A stretch of 64,000 bases of DNA from an uncultured bacterium (GCA_905214715.1 CAJMMT010000003.1:1804-65803); one strand, 5' to 3'. Numbered from the stretch's first letter, positions 30,669 through 42,307 are shown. Made by a program: numbers and translations. The notes: generated by a model not told the origin, from the sequence alone.

Positions 30669-31469
30669 TCATTTCGCAGCATTGCTAATCTTTGACATTC
30701 CTGAACTTTCAAAATTCAGCGGTGTCTTGATATTGACCTCAGCATTCGAAGCACCGCTACATTCGGCGTTTCCTTTGTCGACTTTCAGATTTTTCGCACT
30801 TAACGAGCTTGCACCGCTCACATCGAAATCGGCATATGCTGCCGTACCACTCAAGTTAGCTCCCGATGCACCTGACAGCTCCGCCTTAAGCACCGATGCT
30901 TTCAAAGCTTTCACCACAATCGATGAGGCTCCGCTAAGATCAAGGTCAAGAGTGCTCAGTTCTATATTTTCAAGAGATACAGAAGAAGCTCCGCTCAAAT
31001 CAAATTCCATCTTGCCTCCGGGATTGGTGATTCTTGCAGACTCCAGACTCGATGCTCCGTGCAGTTCCACTTTCTCAAGTTTCGGAGCGTAAACCGTAAC
31101 CGTGACATTCGGGGAGTTTTTGAATCCGGGAGAGTTACGGAACCCCATCTCAAGTTTTCCATCGTCATACTCACATCTCACATATGGCATCACATTGGAG
31201 GGAGCGGCAATTACATAATTCTCGCCTTCAGATTCAATGTAGAGAACCTTGATGGCGGTTGAAGCCTCTATTTCAAGAAGGCCCTTGCATTCCCCGCTTC
31301 TGGTTATAATATTCTTATCGGGGATGATATACTTATTGCCGGAATTGACCACTACTCTATCATTACCGTCTGTTGAATCAGCTTTTTGATTCACTATAAC
31401 CGTACATCCGCACTCTATCGTGGATGCGATAAGAAGCGCAACAGAGGCAAACGCCATTCTTCTATTCAT
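30669..31469 (-). CDS. DUF2807/head GIN domain protein
   Basis: Repeated (L/V)SGASS beta-solenoid motifs; signal/lipoprotein-like N-terminus; TATATTTG -7 element at 31512-31519. Confidence 0.85.
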   Translation of the reverse strand: MNRRMAFASVALLIASTIECGCTVIVNQKADSTDGNDRVVVNSGNKYIIPDKNIITRSGECKGLLEIEASTAIKVLYIESEGENYVIAAPSNVMPYVRCEYDDGKLEMGFRNSPGFKNSPNVTVTVYAPKLEKVELHGASSLESARITNPGGKMEFDLSGASSVSLENIELSTLDLDLSGASSIVVKALKASVLKAELSGASGANLSGTAAYADFDVSGASSLSAKNLKVDKGNAECSGASNAEVNIKTPLNFESSGMSKISNAAK

Positions 31470-31543
31470 ATCTATAATGTATTTTATTGCCGGAGACATC
31501 ACCGACATATACAAATATAATATAAATTCAGATACCGGCCAAT

Positions 31544-31579
31544 AAAAAGAAGCCCTGCAGTCAAATCTGCGGGGCTTCT
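31544..31579 (-). terminator. Intrinsic terminator of the nuo-atp superoperon
   Basis: Minus strand AGAAGCCCCGCAG-atttga-CTGCAGGGCTTCT-TTTT, about 50 nt after the nuoN stop. Confidence 0.8.
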
Positions 31580-31631
31580 CGGATTTTATACTTGAATTTA
31601 TGGGGATTGACTTAGATAGTCGTTCAGCGCA

Positions 31632-33113
31632 TCAGATACCTATCCAGGCGAGGGGGTTGGCCATTGTCAACTCGACCTCATTGACCAACCACTGGTAAAC
31701 CGGGCTTACGAGACCGAGGAACACGATACCCAGCACGCAAAGGCAAAGGCCCAGACGGGCGGTGTTAGATGCCGAGAAAGATTCAATTTTAGGATCTTCA
31801 GGGCTTATCCACATAGCCTTCACAACCTTCAGATAGTAGTAGAGCGAGATGATGGTGTTGATCAACGCTACGAGAACGAGCATGTAAAGAGCCATCGAAC
31901 CGGAAGCAGTAACAGATGTAAAGATAAGTATCTTCGAGAAGAAACCGGCGAAAGGAGGTATGCCTGCAAGCGAGAACATCGCCAGAGTCATTGCCACCGA
32001 CAGATAAGGATTGGTCTTATGCAATCCTCTGTAATCGTCCATATTGTCATATCCGGTCTTGTCTTCAATCATCTGGATTACCGCAAAGGCTCCGAGGTTG
32101 CTGACTACATATACCAGAGTATAATACATCATAGAGGCGAGCCCGAGTCCAGAAGAGGCGATAACGCCGAGCACAAGATAACCGGCCTGCGATATGGATG
32201 AGAACGCCATGAATCGCTTCATGTTGCTTTGACGCAGGGCAAAGAGGTTACCGATAGTGATAGTGGCGATAATCACGCCATAAAGCATCCATTCCCATGC
32301 ATCGGCATAAACCGCACCGAAGCACTGAACGAAGACGATAAAGAACGCGAAAGCAGCCGCACCCTTCGAAACTACCGATAGATAAGCTGTAACAGCTGTG
32401 GGAGCGCCCTGATAAACATCGGCTGTCCAGAGATGGAAAGGAACAAGCGAAAGCTTGAAACCGATACCGGAAAGCACGAATGCGAGGGCCACGAGCAATA
32501 GTCCGCTCATTTCACCTTGAGTGATTGCGAGCGCTATGTCCGAGAAGTAGAGAGAACCGCCCGACAGACCGTATACGAACGAAAGACCCATAAGGAGAAT
32601 CGCCGATGAGAATACCGCTGTCATTATATATTTGATAGCTGCCTCGTGGCTCTCATATTTATTCTTGTTGAAGGCCACAAGCGCGGCGATCGGAAGAGAC
32701 GCACTCTCAAGACCGATGATGAAGAGAAGGAAGTGGCGTGCCGAAATCATCAGATACATTCCGAAGAGTGTAACGAGAAGCAACTCGTAGAACTCACCCT
32801 TGCGGAAAGCCATTCCGTCGCTCTCCGACCATTTCGCAGACTGGAGAAGAACCAGGAAGACACCTACATTGAGAATGCACTTGAGTGCCTTGCCGGCGAA
32901 ATCATTCACATACATGCCTCCGAATACAGGCTCAGGGCAACAGGGTACAATCCAGATAGCAACCGTAGCCAGCAGGAAAAGCACCGTTGTCATAGGGGTA
33001 AGGAACTTCCCGCTGCACTTCTGGCACCTGAAGGTATCTGCAAAAAATACAATCAGAAAGAGACCCAATACTATGAGTTCGGGGATCATTGCCCCAAATT
33101 CCGAATAGTTCAT
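31632..33113 (-). CDS. nuoN: NADH-quinone oxidoreductase subunit N
   Basis: EAAIKY, FKLSLVPFHLWTADVYQGAP, KRFMAFSSISQAGY, SLAGIPPFAGF. Confidence 0.95.
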   Translation of the reverse strand: MNYSEFGAMIPELIVLGLFLIVFFADTFRCQKCSGKFLTPMTTVLFLLATVAIWIVPCCPEPVFGGMYVNDFAGKALKCILNVGVFLVLLQSAKWSESDGMAFRKGEFYELLLVTLFGMYLMISARHFLLFIIGLESASLPIAALVAFNKNKYESHEAAIKYIMTAVFSSAILLMGLSFVYGLSGGSLYFSDIALAITQGEMSGLLLVALAFVLSGIGFKLSLVPFHLWTADVYQGAPTAVTAYLSVVSKGAAAFAFFIVFVQCFGAVYADAWEWMLYGVIIATITIGNLFALRQSNMKRFMAFSSISQAGYLVLGVIASSGLGLASMMYYTLVYVVSNLGAFAVIQMIEDKTGYDNMDDYRGLHKTNPYLSVAMTLAMFSLAGIPPFAGFFSKILIFTSVTASGSMALYMLVLVALINTIISLYYYLKVVKAMWISPEDPKIESFSASNTARLGLCLCVLGIVFLGLVSPVYQWLVNEVELTMANPLAWIGI

Positions 33114-33175
33114 TTGTTGTTGTGCTGTTTTTCTATGAGCGGCCGGCCGAAACCGGCCGTTCATGATTTATTAGG

Positions 33176-34693
33176 TTAGATTGCAGCGCTCTTGATCACC
33201 TCTATTATGGGACCAAAGCTGAATTGTATAGTCTCGTTTATCCAGTTCGGGAAGCAGCCTATGCCTGCGATGCAGACAATCAGGGTAACCGTCGCGAAGC
33301 GTTCATACCAGCCGGCATCGGTAAGCTGCAGATGATGTTCGTCATGAACAGGACCAAGCAACAGCTTGCCTACCACACGAAGGATATAGACTGCGGTGAT
33401 GACGATGGAACATGTAGCCGCTATCACAAACGCACGGTGGAAAAGGTCGGCGTGCTGGAACGAACCGAAGAAGATAGTCATCTCGGCAACGAATCCGGAG
33501 AGACCGGGAAGACCAAGCGAAGCGAAGCCGGCTATCATCCAGCATACACCGAGATAAGGCATAATCTTCATCAGGCCTCCCATCTGGCGGATATCGCGTG
33601 TGTGGGTGCGTCCGTATATCATACCAATGAGCGCGAAGAAGAGGGCTGTCATCAGACCGTGAGAAAGCATCTGGAGGATAGCGCCGGTCATCGCGGTCGT
33701 GTTAAGCATCAGGATGGCGAAAAGAACCATGCCGCAGTGCGAAACAGAGGAGTAGGCGTTGATATACTTAAGGTCGGTTTGAACACATGCCGAGAATGCG
33801 CCGTAAACGATAGAGATGCCAGTAAGGATTATGAAAATCCAGGCAAGTTCATTGGCTGCCTGCGGACACAGGTAAATGGCGATACGGAAACAGCCGTAGC
33901 CACCGAGTTTCATAAGCACGCCCGCGTGAAGCATCGATACGGCTGTCGGGGCGCAGGCATGACCGTCGGGCGACCATGTGTGGAAGGGGAACATGGCGCC
34001 GAGCACACCGAAACCTACGAATGTGAAGCAGAAGAGAAGTCTCTGCCATGAGGGATCGATCGAGGCGTTATGGGCAATCTCAAGGATATTCCAAGTCGGC
34101 ACGCCTCCTTCGGGAGCCGAATGCCAATAGATACCGAGCAGACCGAGCATCAGGAAAGCCGAGCCTCCCATCAGCATCAGAGTAAGCTTCATGGCCGAAT
34201 ATTCTTTGCGCCCAGTGCCCCACACGCCGATAAGAAGGTACATCGGAATCAGAGCCACCTCATAGAACATGAACATGGTGAACATGTCTATCGAGATGAA
34301 GAAACCGAACACACCGGTGGAGAGCAACGAGAACCAAAGGAAAAAGTTCTTTGGCAGGGGATCGATTTTCCAGGAGGCGAATGTGCCGGCAAATACGATG
34401 ACTGCGCTCAGAAGCAACATCAGCACCGAAATACCGTCGACACCAACGGCCAGATTGATATTCAGAGGAGCATACCAGCACCATGAGCCGGTAAAGAGCA
34501 TCTCGGCGGTTTCGCCGGCGGCGCGAAGCTCGAGGAACTGGCAGCAAAGCCAAATAGCCAGGCCAAGAAGAGCGGAGGAGCCGACCACCATTACCGCGCG
34601 GATAGCTTTCATGTCGCGGTTGCGGCAGAGTCCGAGTCCCGCCATCATAACGATGGGGATTACTACAAACCAGATTAATATGTTTCCGAACAT
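33176..34693 (-). CDS. nuoM: NADH-quinone oxidoreductase subunit M
   Basis: VDGIS, PFHTWSPDGH, LMKLGGYG, AYSSVSH, LGLPGLSGFVAE. Confidence 0.95.
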   Translation of the reverse strand: MFGNILIWFVVIPIVMMAGLGLCRNRDMKAIRAVMVVGSSALLGLAIWLCCQFLELRAAGETAEMLFTGSWCWYAPLNINLAVGVDGISVLMLLLSAVIVFAGTFASWKIDPLPKNFFLWFSLLSTGVFGFFISIDMFTMFMFYEVALIPMYLLIGVWGTGRKEYSAMKLTLMLMGGSAFLMLGLLGIYWHSAPEGGVPTWNILEIAHNASIDPSWQRLLFCFTFVGFGVLGAMFPFHTWSPDGHACAPTAVSMLHAGVLMKLGGYGCFRIAIYLCPQAANELAWIFIILTGISIVYGAFSACVQTDLKYINAYSSVSHCGMVLFAILMLNTTAMTGAILQMLSHGLMTALFFALIGMIYGRTHTRDIRQMGGLMKIMPYLGVCWMIAGFASLGLPGLSGFVAEMTIFFGSFQHADLFHRAFVIAATCSIVITAVYILRVVGKLLLGPVHDEHHLQLTDAGWYERFATVTLIVCIAGIGCFPNWINETIQFSFGPIIEVIKSAAI

Positions 34694-34729
34694 AATGTTA
34701 AGTTTTTCTTTAGGTGGTTCGTTTCAGAT

Positions 34730-36679
34730 TCAGATGCAAAGCCATACAATCGCAGCGATAGCGCAGGCACCAAGCAGGTACCAGGTAACATAAGCCTGTA
34801 TGCTTCCGCTCTGCATGCCGCGGATAGCGTAAGAAGTGCGCTGTGTGACTTTTGCCATAGCATCCATGGTAGCGTCGATGACATGACGGTCAAACCAGGC
34901 TATGCTGCGGCAGATAATACCGAATATGATCTTATGGGTAATGAACTGGTAAATCTCATCCCAATAGAAACGATGATGGGCGGCGGTCCATAGACCCGGC
35001 CAGATATTCTTGACTTTCTCGGGAAGGGGATTCTTCTTGGCATACATTACAGTAGCCAGGGCTATAGCCAGAACAGCCACAGTAAGAGAAGTGGCGGCAA
35101 CCGGGGCCTCAAGATGGATATGATAAGGAGCGCCATTCCAGGTAACGAGTTCGCCGAAGGGTATAAACCCGGCAACGCAAGAAACGGCGGCCAGCAGGAT
35201 CAGAGGGAGCGACATCTGCCAGGGAGCGTCATGTGGCTTATGGTGCTTGTATTCGGGATTCTCTTCCCACCAGAATATCATGTAGTAGAGACGGAACATG
35301 TAGAAAGCTGTCAGGCCTGCCACCATCGTCATCCAGGCACCCCAGAACCAATGGTTGTTGAACATGGCAGCCAGCATCTCGTCTTTCGAGAAGAAACCGG
35401 AGAAAGGCCATATACCGGCTATCGCGAGACAGCCTATGAGGAATGTCCAGTGAGTTACGGGCATATATTTGCGCAGACCTCCCATAGCCGTGTAATTGTT
35501 GGAGTGAACGGCATGTATAAGCGCACCGGCACCGAGGAAGAGAAGCGCCTTGAACATCGCATGGGTGAAGAGATGGAACATACCGGCCATGTAACCGAGG
35601 CCGAGGTATGCTTCGTGGTGACCTTCGGGAACGGCACCCGCGCGCGAAACGCCAAGCGAAACCATCATGAACGCAATCTGCGATATTGTAGAGAAGGCAA
35701 GCACTCTCTTTATGTCAATCTGAGTACATGCCACAACAGCGGCGTAGAAAGCGGTAATGGCACCTACTACCGATATAAAGGTCAGAGCTGTCTCGACTAC
35801 GCAGTATACGGGGAACATACGGGCAACAAGATACACACCTGCCACAACCATCGTGGCGGCGTGAATCAGAGCAGATACCGGCGTCGGGCCTTCCATAGCG
35901 TCGGGAAGCCATATATGCAGAGGCATCATAGCCGACTTACCCATACCGCCGACGAAGATAAGAACCATCGCCCAGGTGAGAACAGAAGCACCCATGAAGG
36001 TTGCGCCACCGGTGCTGGCGAGAACACCCATCGGATTCGAAGTCATATCCACAAAATTGAATGTGTCTGTGAAGAATGACAGGAGCAGAATACCGATAAG
36101 GAAACCGAGGTCGGCGAATCGGGTAACGATAAAGGCTTTTTTGGAAGCCGACACGGCTGAAGGAAGCTTATAGAAGAATCCTATCAGCAGGTAAGATGAG
36201 ACACCTACAAGCTCCCAGAATATATACATCTGGAAAATGTTTGTGGCCACAACCAGACCGAGCATCGAGAAAGAGAAGAGCGACAGGAACGCATAATAGC
36301 GTTGAAAGCCCGGCTCATGCTCCATATATCCCCATGAATAGAGGTGGACAAGGAATGAAATGGTTGTTATGACCACAAGCATCATGGCCGAAATGGGATC
36401 GAGAAGGAAGCCCAGATGAACCACAAGCTTGTCGGTGAAGGCCAGCCAGGTTACATCGAAAACCTGATACTGCTGGCGTATGCCGTCAACGATAAAAAGT
36501 TCGTTGCCGCTGAAGAAATAAGTGAACGCCACAATATAAGAGAGCGTCAGACAGGTACCCATGCCGAGTATGCCGAGTACGCCCGCTGTCTTGCGCGGCA
36601 TTTTGACTCCACCAATTCCCAAGATGAGGAACATCGCTATCGGAATGGCGAGAATCAGAATTGGAAGTGTTATATCCAT
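34730..36679 (-). CDS. nuoL: NADH-quinone oxidoreductase subunit L
   Basis: GKSAMMPLHIWLPDAMEGPTPVSALIHAATMV, HLFTHAMFKALLF. Confidence 0.96.
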   Translation of the reverse strand: MDITLPILILAIPIAMFLILGIGGVKMPRKTAGVLGILGMGTCLTLSYIVAFTYFFSGNELFIVDGIRQQYQVFDVTWLAFTDKLVVHLGFLLDPISAMMLVVITTISFLVHLYSWGYMEHEPGFQRYYAFLSLFSFSMLGLVVATNIFQMYIFWELVGVSSYLLIGFFYKLPSAVSASKKAFIVTRFADLGFLIGILLLSFFTDTFNFVDMTSNPMGVLASTGGATFMGASVLTWAMVLIFVGGMGKSAMMPLHIWLPDAMEGPTPVSALIHAATMVVAGVYLVARMFPVYCVVETALTFISVVGAITAFYAAVVACTQIDIKRVLAFSTISQIAFMMVSLGVSRAGAVPEGHHEAYLGLGYMAGMFHLFTHAMFKALLFLGAGALIHAVHSNNYTAMGGLRKYMPVTHWTFLIGCLAIAGIWPFSGFFSKDEMLAAMFNNHWFWGAWMTMVAGLTAFYMFRLYYMIFWWEENPEYKHHKPHDAPWQMSLPLILLAAVSCVAGFIPFGELVTWNGAPYHIHLEAPVAATSLTVAVLAIALATVMYAKKNPLPEKVKNIWPGLWTAAHHRFYWDEIYQFITHKIIFGIICRSIAWFDRHVIDATMDAMAKVTQRTSYAIRGMQSGSIQAYVTWYLLGACAIAAIVWLCI

Positions 36680-36698
36680 AATCTCAGAAATTGGAAGC

Positions 36699-37010
36699 TT
36701 AGAACTTCAGTTTAGAAATTTCGCGTATGTCGGTGCTTCCGATCGCGCGATAGATATTGATTATAATGGCGATTGCAAGAGCCGTTTCGGCAGCTGCTAT
36801 CGCGATTGCGAACAATGTGAAAATCATACCCTCCATCTGTCCCGGGAAAAGGAAGCGGTTGAAGATAATGAAATTCAGGTCGGCGGAATTGAGCATCAGT
36901 TCCAACGACACAAGAATTGCAATCAGGTTCTTGCGGGTTATAAAACCATATACTCCGAGAGCAAACATTATGACGCTCGGCACAAGATACCACAACATGG
37001 TTAATTCCAT
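36699..37010 (-). CDS. nuoK: NADH-quinone oxidoreductase subunit K
   Basis: SLELMLN, IAAAETALAIAII. Confidence 0.95.
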   Translation of the reverse strand: MELTMLWYLVPSVIMFALGVYGFITRKNLIAILVSLELMLNSADLNFIIFNRFLFPGQMEGMIFTLFAIAIAAAETALAIAIIINIYRAIGSTDIREISKLKF

Positions 37011-37069
37011 AGGGCTTATTGACTTTACGAATAGTATTCTACAGTTATTAATCTCTTTTGGCCGACCTT

Positions 37070-37597
37070 TCAGCGTTTACGTGCAATCACTACACCACCG
37101 ATGATGCAGGCCAGCAGAAGAACGCTGACAGCTTCGAAAGGAAGCAGATACTGAAATTTGTCGGTGCCAACCATAGCGTGGCCTATGTCGTGCATGGTTA
37201 TCTCGGCAGAACCGGCCAGACAATTGGCCAACGTCGCACCATTGATAATGGGCATCGAGAACAGAGCCCAAAGCAACAGAGCCGCGCCTACGAACGAACT
37301 TATCAGACCCACGATCTTGCGATGCGCACTGAGAGGAGCCGCGTTAGCATCCGGTTTATGAGTCAGCAAAATGGCGAACACAAACAGCACCATTATGCCA
37401 CCTGCATAGACGGCAATCTGGACGGCACCCAGAAACTGGTAGCCGAGCTGGAAGTAGAACACCGCTGTGGATAGAAGCGAGAACAGCAGAAATGTAGCCG
37501 CTCTCAGAATCTTGCGGGAGGTAACAGCCAGATATGCAGAACATATCATTACTATCGCCACCACGAAATAAAGAATGATGTTTCCTACGGAATCCAT
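37070..37597 (-). CDS. nuoJ: NADH-quinone oxidoreductase subunit J
   Basis: QIAVYAGGIMVLFVFAILL, YLLPFEAVSVLLL. Confidence 0.95.
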   Translation of the reverse strand: MDSVGNIILYFVVAIVMICSAYLAVTSRKILRAATFLLFSLLSTAVFYFQLGYQFLGAVQIAVYAGGIMVLFVFAILLTHKPDANAAPLSAHRKIVGLISSFVGAALLLWALFSMPIINGATLANCLAGSAEITMHDIGHAMVGTDKFQYLLPFEAVSVLLLACIIGGVVIARKR

Positions 37598-37647
37598 ATT
37601 ATCTTGTGATAATTAGAGTGTTAGGTTATTCGGTTGTTTGAGTGTGA

Positions 37648-38265
37648 TTATTTATCTTCAGGAGCGGCAACCTCACCCTGGGCAGCTGCCTTCGCAGCGG
37701 CCTCTTTTTCCGCCTTGAGTTTTGCGGCCTTGGCAAGAGCCTCGGCTTTTATCTTGGCCAGTTTCTCAGGGTCCATGGCCGGCTTCGGAGCAGGCGCTCC
37801 TTCAGGGTCGGGAACTTCCGGGCGATAGTTAAGTTGCTTCACCAGTTTATTGCGGGTAAAGACAGCCTGTTCGAAATCATTGGAGAATTCAAGTGCATTC
37901 TGCGGACAAGTCGTCACACACAGCATACAGAATGTGCAGCTGCCCAGATCATACATATACTTGTCGAGTTTACGCTTTTTCTTGCCGTCAGGCATGTCGA
38001 CCATCTTTGTGGAAAGCTGGATGGTTCCATTGGGGCAATTCATCTGACAGATGCCACATGCAATACAGCGGTGGCGCCCCTCGGCATCGTATTTCAGCGT
38101 AAGCTCAGCACGGAAGCGTTCACCTATGTTGAGGGTGGCGCGATTCTCCGGATACTGTTCGGTAATCTTGGGAGTCACGAACTCCCGGCCCGTAACTGCC
38201 ATACCAGACACAAGGCTCTTTATGCCTTGGCCTACAGACGAGAAATATTCTTTTATGTTGCTCAT
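37648..38265 (-). CDS. nuoI: NADH-quinone oxidoreductase subunit I
   Basis: TEQYPE and two 4Fe-4S motifs CIACGICQMNCP and CTFCMLCVTTCP; Ala/Lys-rich tail. Confidence 0.94.
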   Translation of the reverse strand: MSNIKEYFSSVGQGIKSLVSGMAVTGREFVTPKITEQYPENRATLNIGERFRAELTLKYDAEGRHRCIACGICQMNCPNGTIQLSTKMVDMPDGKKKRKLDKYMYDLGSCTFCMLCVTTCPQNALEFSNDFEQAVFTRNKLVKQLNYRPEVPDPEGAPAPKPAMDPEKLAKIKAEALAKAAKLKAEKEAAAKAAAQGEVAAPEDK

Positions 38266-38298
38266 GTCAATTGTGATTTCCTCTATTTAATTCTTTCA

Positions 38299-39186
38299 TC
38301 AGCGGTCTACCTGGCCTCCCACAAGGTCGAGCAATTCGTTGGTTATGCTCTGCTGACGCAACTTATTGTAGTCAAGTTGCAGCTGATCGAGCAGCTTCTT
38401 GGCATTGTCGTTAGCGCTCTGCATGGCCATAACTCGCGCTGCCTGTTCCGACGCACGGTTCTCAAGAGTGAGTTCCTGCATGGTCGAAAGAGCGAACATA
38501 GGCAATACCTGATTGAATATACTGTTAGGGTCGGGTTCGAACAGATATAGCTTGTCGCCGCTATTCTTGTTTTCTTCCGATGCGAGAGTCTCCGGTGAAA
38601 CCGGGAAAAGCTGATCGGCTTGAAAACGCTGGCGGCTCATGGAATAGAACTTCATATAGAATACCTCTACGAGATCCGCCTCGCCGGTCAGGAAACGATC
38701 TTTCAGCGAATGGGTAAATTCATCGACCACCTTACCGGGCATTTTCGAATTCACTTCCGGAACTGTTTCAATATGGAACGGGGCATTCTGAATGCGACGG
38801 AAAATCTTTTCAATTTTGCTCCCGACCGGAATCACCGTAATGGCGATATCTTTACCATATTGTTCTCTCAGCTCCTCGATTCTCTCTATCGCAGCCTTAA
38901 AAATATTGACATTATAGGCACCGCAGAGACCGTCGTCAGATCCATAGACCGCAACTGTTACTGCCTTTACCTCTCGGTTCTCGATGAGCGGTGACGAAAA
39001 ATCGCAACCGGCTTCGAGAATATGCCCCATCACAGACTCAATCTGGTCCTTATAAGGGAGCAACTGACGCAATGCCTGTTCAAATTTATGTACCTTAGCG
39101 GAAGAAATCATCTTCATCGCTCCGGTAATTTTCTCGGATGACGATACCGAGCCTATTCGAGTTTTTAGTTCTCTCAGGGTGGCCAT
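38299..39186 (-). CDS. atpG: F1 ATP synthase gamma subunit
   Basis: KITGAMKMIS, GLCGAYN, SEQAARVMAM, YNKLRQQSITNEL. Confidence 0.96.
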   Translation of the reverse strand: MATLRELKTRIGSVSSSEKITGAMKMISSAKVHKFEQALRQLLPYKDQIESVMGHILEAGCDFSSPLIENREVKAVTVAVYGSDDGLCGAYNVNIFKAAIERIEELREQYGKDIAITVIPVGSKIEKIFRRIQNAPFHIETVPEVNSKMPGKVVDEFTHSLKDRFLTGEADLVEVFYMKFYSMSRQRFQADQLFPVSPETLASEENKNSGDKLYLFEPDPNSIFNQVLPMFALSTMQELTLENRASEQAARVMAMQSANDNAKKLLDQLQLDYNKLRQQSITNELLDLVGGQVDR

Positions 39187-39277
39187 CTGTAAATTTTCTG
39201 ATGCTGTTTAACTGGTACTCCCGGAAGCGTATCAGGCTTCCGGAAGTTATAATGTATGATGTCGGGTTTCAGTCAGT

Positions 39278-40855
39278 TCAGTTCTTGTAGCGGGCGGCGA
39301 TGTCGGCGGCGCACTCTCTCATCTTCGTCTCCATATCGGGGGTGAGTTTGCCGGCCTTGATCTGGTCGAGCACTTCCGACTGATACTTGGACTTAAGGAG
39401 CTGCACATACAGTTCCTCGAACTCGTGGACCTTTTCCAAAGGCACATTCTCAAGCAGGCCATTTACACCGGCGTAGATTACCGCCACCTCGTTCTCAACC
39501 TGCCATGGCTTGTACTGAGGCTGGATAAGAAGAGTCTGGTTCTTACGGCCACGGTCGATCACAGAAGCCGTAACAGCATCTATATCGCCACCGAATTTGG
39601 TAAAGCTCTCCAGCTCGCGATACTGAGCCTGGGCTATTTTAAGAGTACCGGCCACTTTCTTCATAGGCTTGATCTGGGCGTTACCGCCGACACGACTCAC
39701 TGAGATACCTACGTTCACAGCAGGACGGATACCCTGATTGAATAGCGCTGTCTCAAGGAATATCTGACCATCCGTAATAGAGATCACGTTGGTCGGGATA
39801 TATGCTGAAACGTCGCCTGCCTGAGTCTCGATGATAGGAAGTGCCGTAAGCGATCCTCCGCCCTTCACCATGGGCTTGAGAACCTCCGGAAGGTCGTTCA
39901 TGGAAGAAGCCACCTCCTGATTGTCGATAATCTTAGCGGCACGTTCCAACAGACGGGAATGCAGATAGAAGATATCACCGGGGTAAGCCTCACGACCCGA
40001 GGGACGACGCAGTACGAGCGAGATCTCACGATAGGCCACAGCCTGCTTGGAAAGATCATCGTAAACAATCAGCGCGTCGCGACCGGTATCGCGGATATAC
40101 TCGCCTATAGCAACACCTGCGAAAGGAGCGTAATAACGCATCGATGCAGAGTCTGAAGCTGTAGCAGCTACAACAACGGTGTAATCCATAGCTCCATACT
40201 TCTTAAGTGTCTGCACTGTGGCAGCTACTGAAGAAGCTTTCTGGCCAATGGCTACATATATGCAATATACCGGTTTACCGTCAAGATAGTTCTGACGCTG
40301 GTTGATTATGGTGTCTATGGCGATCGCGGTCTTACCTATCTGTCGGTCGCCGATAATCAACTCGCGCTGACCGCGACCGATAGGAATCATGGCATCGACA
40401 GCTTTCAGACCTGTCTGAAGGGGTTGGTTTACAGGCTGACGGAAGATAACGCCGGGAGCCTTACGCTCAAGAGGAAGACGGATGAGGTCTCCATCGATCG
40501 GTCCGTTGCCATCTATCGGCTCACCGAGAATATTGATAACGCGGCCGAATACACCCTCGCCAACAGGAATAGAGGCAATCTCTCCGGTACAGCGAACCGA
40601 CATGTTCTCAGTAACCTTGTTGACATTGTTTAGCAGCACCACGCCGACGTTGCTCTCCTCGAGGTTGAGGGCCACGCCTTTTACACCGTTTTCGAATTCC
40701 ACCAGCTCATTGGCCTTAACGTTCTCGAGGCCGTAGACGTGCGCCACGCCGTCGCCGACGCTCAGCACCGTACCCACCTCCTCGAACTTCACCTTCGAGT
40801 TGACGTTTTCGAGCTGCTGTTTTAAAATATCAGATACTTCGCTGGGATTAAGCAT
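39278..40855 (-). CDS. atpA: F1 ATP synthase alpha subunit
   Basis: [41 protein letters not shown]. Confidence 0.98.
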   Translation of the reverse strand: MLNPSEVSDILKQQLENVNSKVKFEEVGTVLSVGDGVAHVYGLENVKANELVEFENGVKGVALNLEESNVGVVLLNNVNKVTENMSVRCTGEIASIPVGEGVFGRVINILGEPIDGNGPIDGDLIRLPLERKAPGVIFRQPVNQPLQTGLKAVDAMIPIGRGQRELIIGDRQIGKTAIAIDTIINQRQNYLDGKPVYCIYVAIGQKASSVAATVQTLKKYGAMDYTVVVAATASDSASMRYYAPFAGVAIGEYIRDTGRDALIVYDDLSKQAVAYREISLVLRRPSGREAYPGDIFYLHSRLLERAAKIIDNQEVASSMNDLPEVLKPMVKGGGSLTALPIIETQAGDVSAYIPTNVISITDGQIFLETALFNQGIRPAVNVGISVSRVGGNAQIKPMKKVAGTLKIAQAQYRELESFTKFGGDIDAVTASVIDRGRKNQTLLIQPQYKPWQVENEVAVIYAGVNGLLENVPLEKVHEFEELYVQLLKSKYQSEVLDQIKAGKLTPDMETKMRECAADIAARYKN

Positions 40856-40859
40856 TTCG

Positions 40860-41402
40860 CTAATTACTTAAGAGATTAGTACGCAATTGTTCAAGTTCGT
40901 TACTTAAGGAGGCATCAAGACGCGAGGAATCGACATCAACCACAAACCCACCGATCAAATCGGGGTTCTCGCGGAAGTTCCATTCCAAAGTGTGATCCGG
41001 ATAAGCCTTGGCAACGATCTCCTTGATTTTTTCCAGTTGGGCGTCAGAAAGTCTGGCGGCCGTTGTAACAGTTACCTGAGAGATCTTGTTGTCGCGACGG
41101 TAAATGTCGCGATAAGCAAGCGCCATCTCATAGGCAAACTCCTCACGGTCATGGTCGAGAATCAACTTCACGAAAGAGCGATAGTCGTCTTCTACCGCAC
41201 CGCCGGCAGCCGAAAGGAGGAGTTCCTGCTTATCTTTACGGCTTACGAAGGGGTTTGAAAGAACCTTGTTAAGCTCCGGATTGTTCCGGAACGACTCGGC
41301 AACTTGCTTCATTTCCGAATAAACGGCTTTTGCGTTCCCTTTATCCTCAGCGAGTTTATAAAGCGCCTTGGCATAGCGCTGGGGTATCAGACCGTCGTTC
41401 AT
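40860..41402 (-). CDS. atpH: F1 ATP synthase delta subunit
   Basis: [22 protein letters not shown]. Confidence 0.94.
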   Translation of the reverse strand: MNDGLIPQRYAKALYKLAEDKGNAKAVYSEMKQVAESFRNNPELNKVLSNPFVSRKDKQELLLSAAGGAVEDDYRSFVKLILDHDREEFAYEMALAYRDIYRRDNKISQVTVTTAARLSDAQLEKIKEIVAKAYPDHTLEWNFRENPDLIGGFVVDVDSSRLDASLSNELEQLRTNLLSN

Positions 41403-41405
41403 CGC

Positions 41406-41900
41406 TTAGTTTTTCTCTATTTCGTCCAACATACTGTCTACAAGTTTCTGCTGCGCGGCATCATTTTTAAGCTGCCCGCGCATCATCTTCTCGGCAATGT
41501 CGAGAGAGAACTTGCTGACTTCATTCCTGAATTGCAGTTCAGCTTCCTTGCGTGACTGTTCAATAGACACTTTGGCAGCCTCCATGACTTTCTTTGCCTC
41601 GTCGGATGCCTCTTTTTTGGCCTCCTCTATAATCTGAGACTTCATCTTGGCTGCATCACGCAACATTTCAGCCTGCTTTGCCTGTGCCTCTTCGACATAC
41701 TTGCGGGACTCCTCGCGGGCCTGATCAAGCTGAAGCTTGGCCTCGCGGGCGTACTCCACACCTTTATCTATCGTGTCGGCGCGGTTGTTCATCTGTTTAA
41801 TTATCACAGGCCAGCCCCATTTGGCAAGTGCCAGAAACAAGACCAGGAATGCGATAAACATCCAGAACACCAAACCGAAATCGGGCGTGAATAATTCCAT
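41406..41900 (-). CDS. atpF: Fo ATP synthase subunit b
   Basis: PDFGLVFW single TM segment followed by a long coiled coil. Confidence 0.94.
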   Translation of the reverse strand: MELFTPDFGLVFWMFIAFLVLFLALAKWGWPVIIKQMNNRADTIDKGVEYAREAKLQLDQAREESRKYVEEAQAKQAEMLRDAAKMKSQIIEEAKKEASDEAKKVMEAAKVSIEQSRKEAELQFRNEVSKFSLDIAEKMMRGQLKNDAAQQKLVDSMLDEIEKN

Positions 41901-41947
41901 TGTTTATCTTTAATGGTTTTACTACTTCTTGGAAAGAATGAGGTCTC

Positions 41948-42202
<255 letters not shown>

Positions 42203-42307
42203 TTAAATGTTTTGTTTATAAATTTTTATTATCACTCTTTCGTCCCATCCCCCTGCGCGTTCCTGATTTATTCCCAGGCTTTACTTGTCATAAAACGGCT
42301 TACGGAA

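Noticed and set aside
30700..31070. Periodic repeats in the DUF2807 gene (and in DUF349) as CRISPR-like or tandem DNA repeats
   Set aside because: Degenerate protein-level repeats inside ORFs; no identical repeat-spacer structure
40325..40355. AtpA Walker A reads GDRQIGKT rather than GDRQTGKT
   Set aside because: Known natural variant in functional alpha subunits
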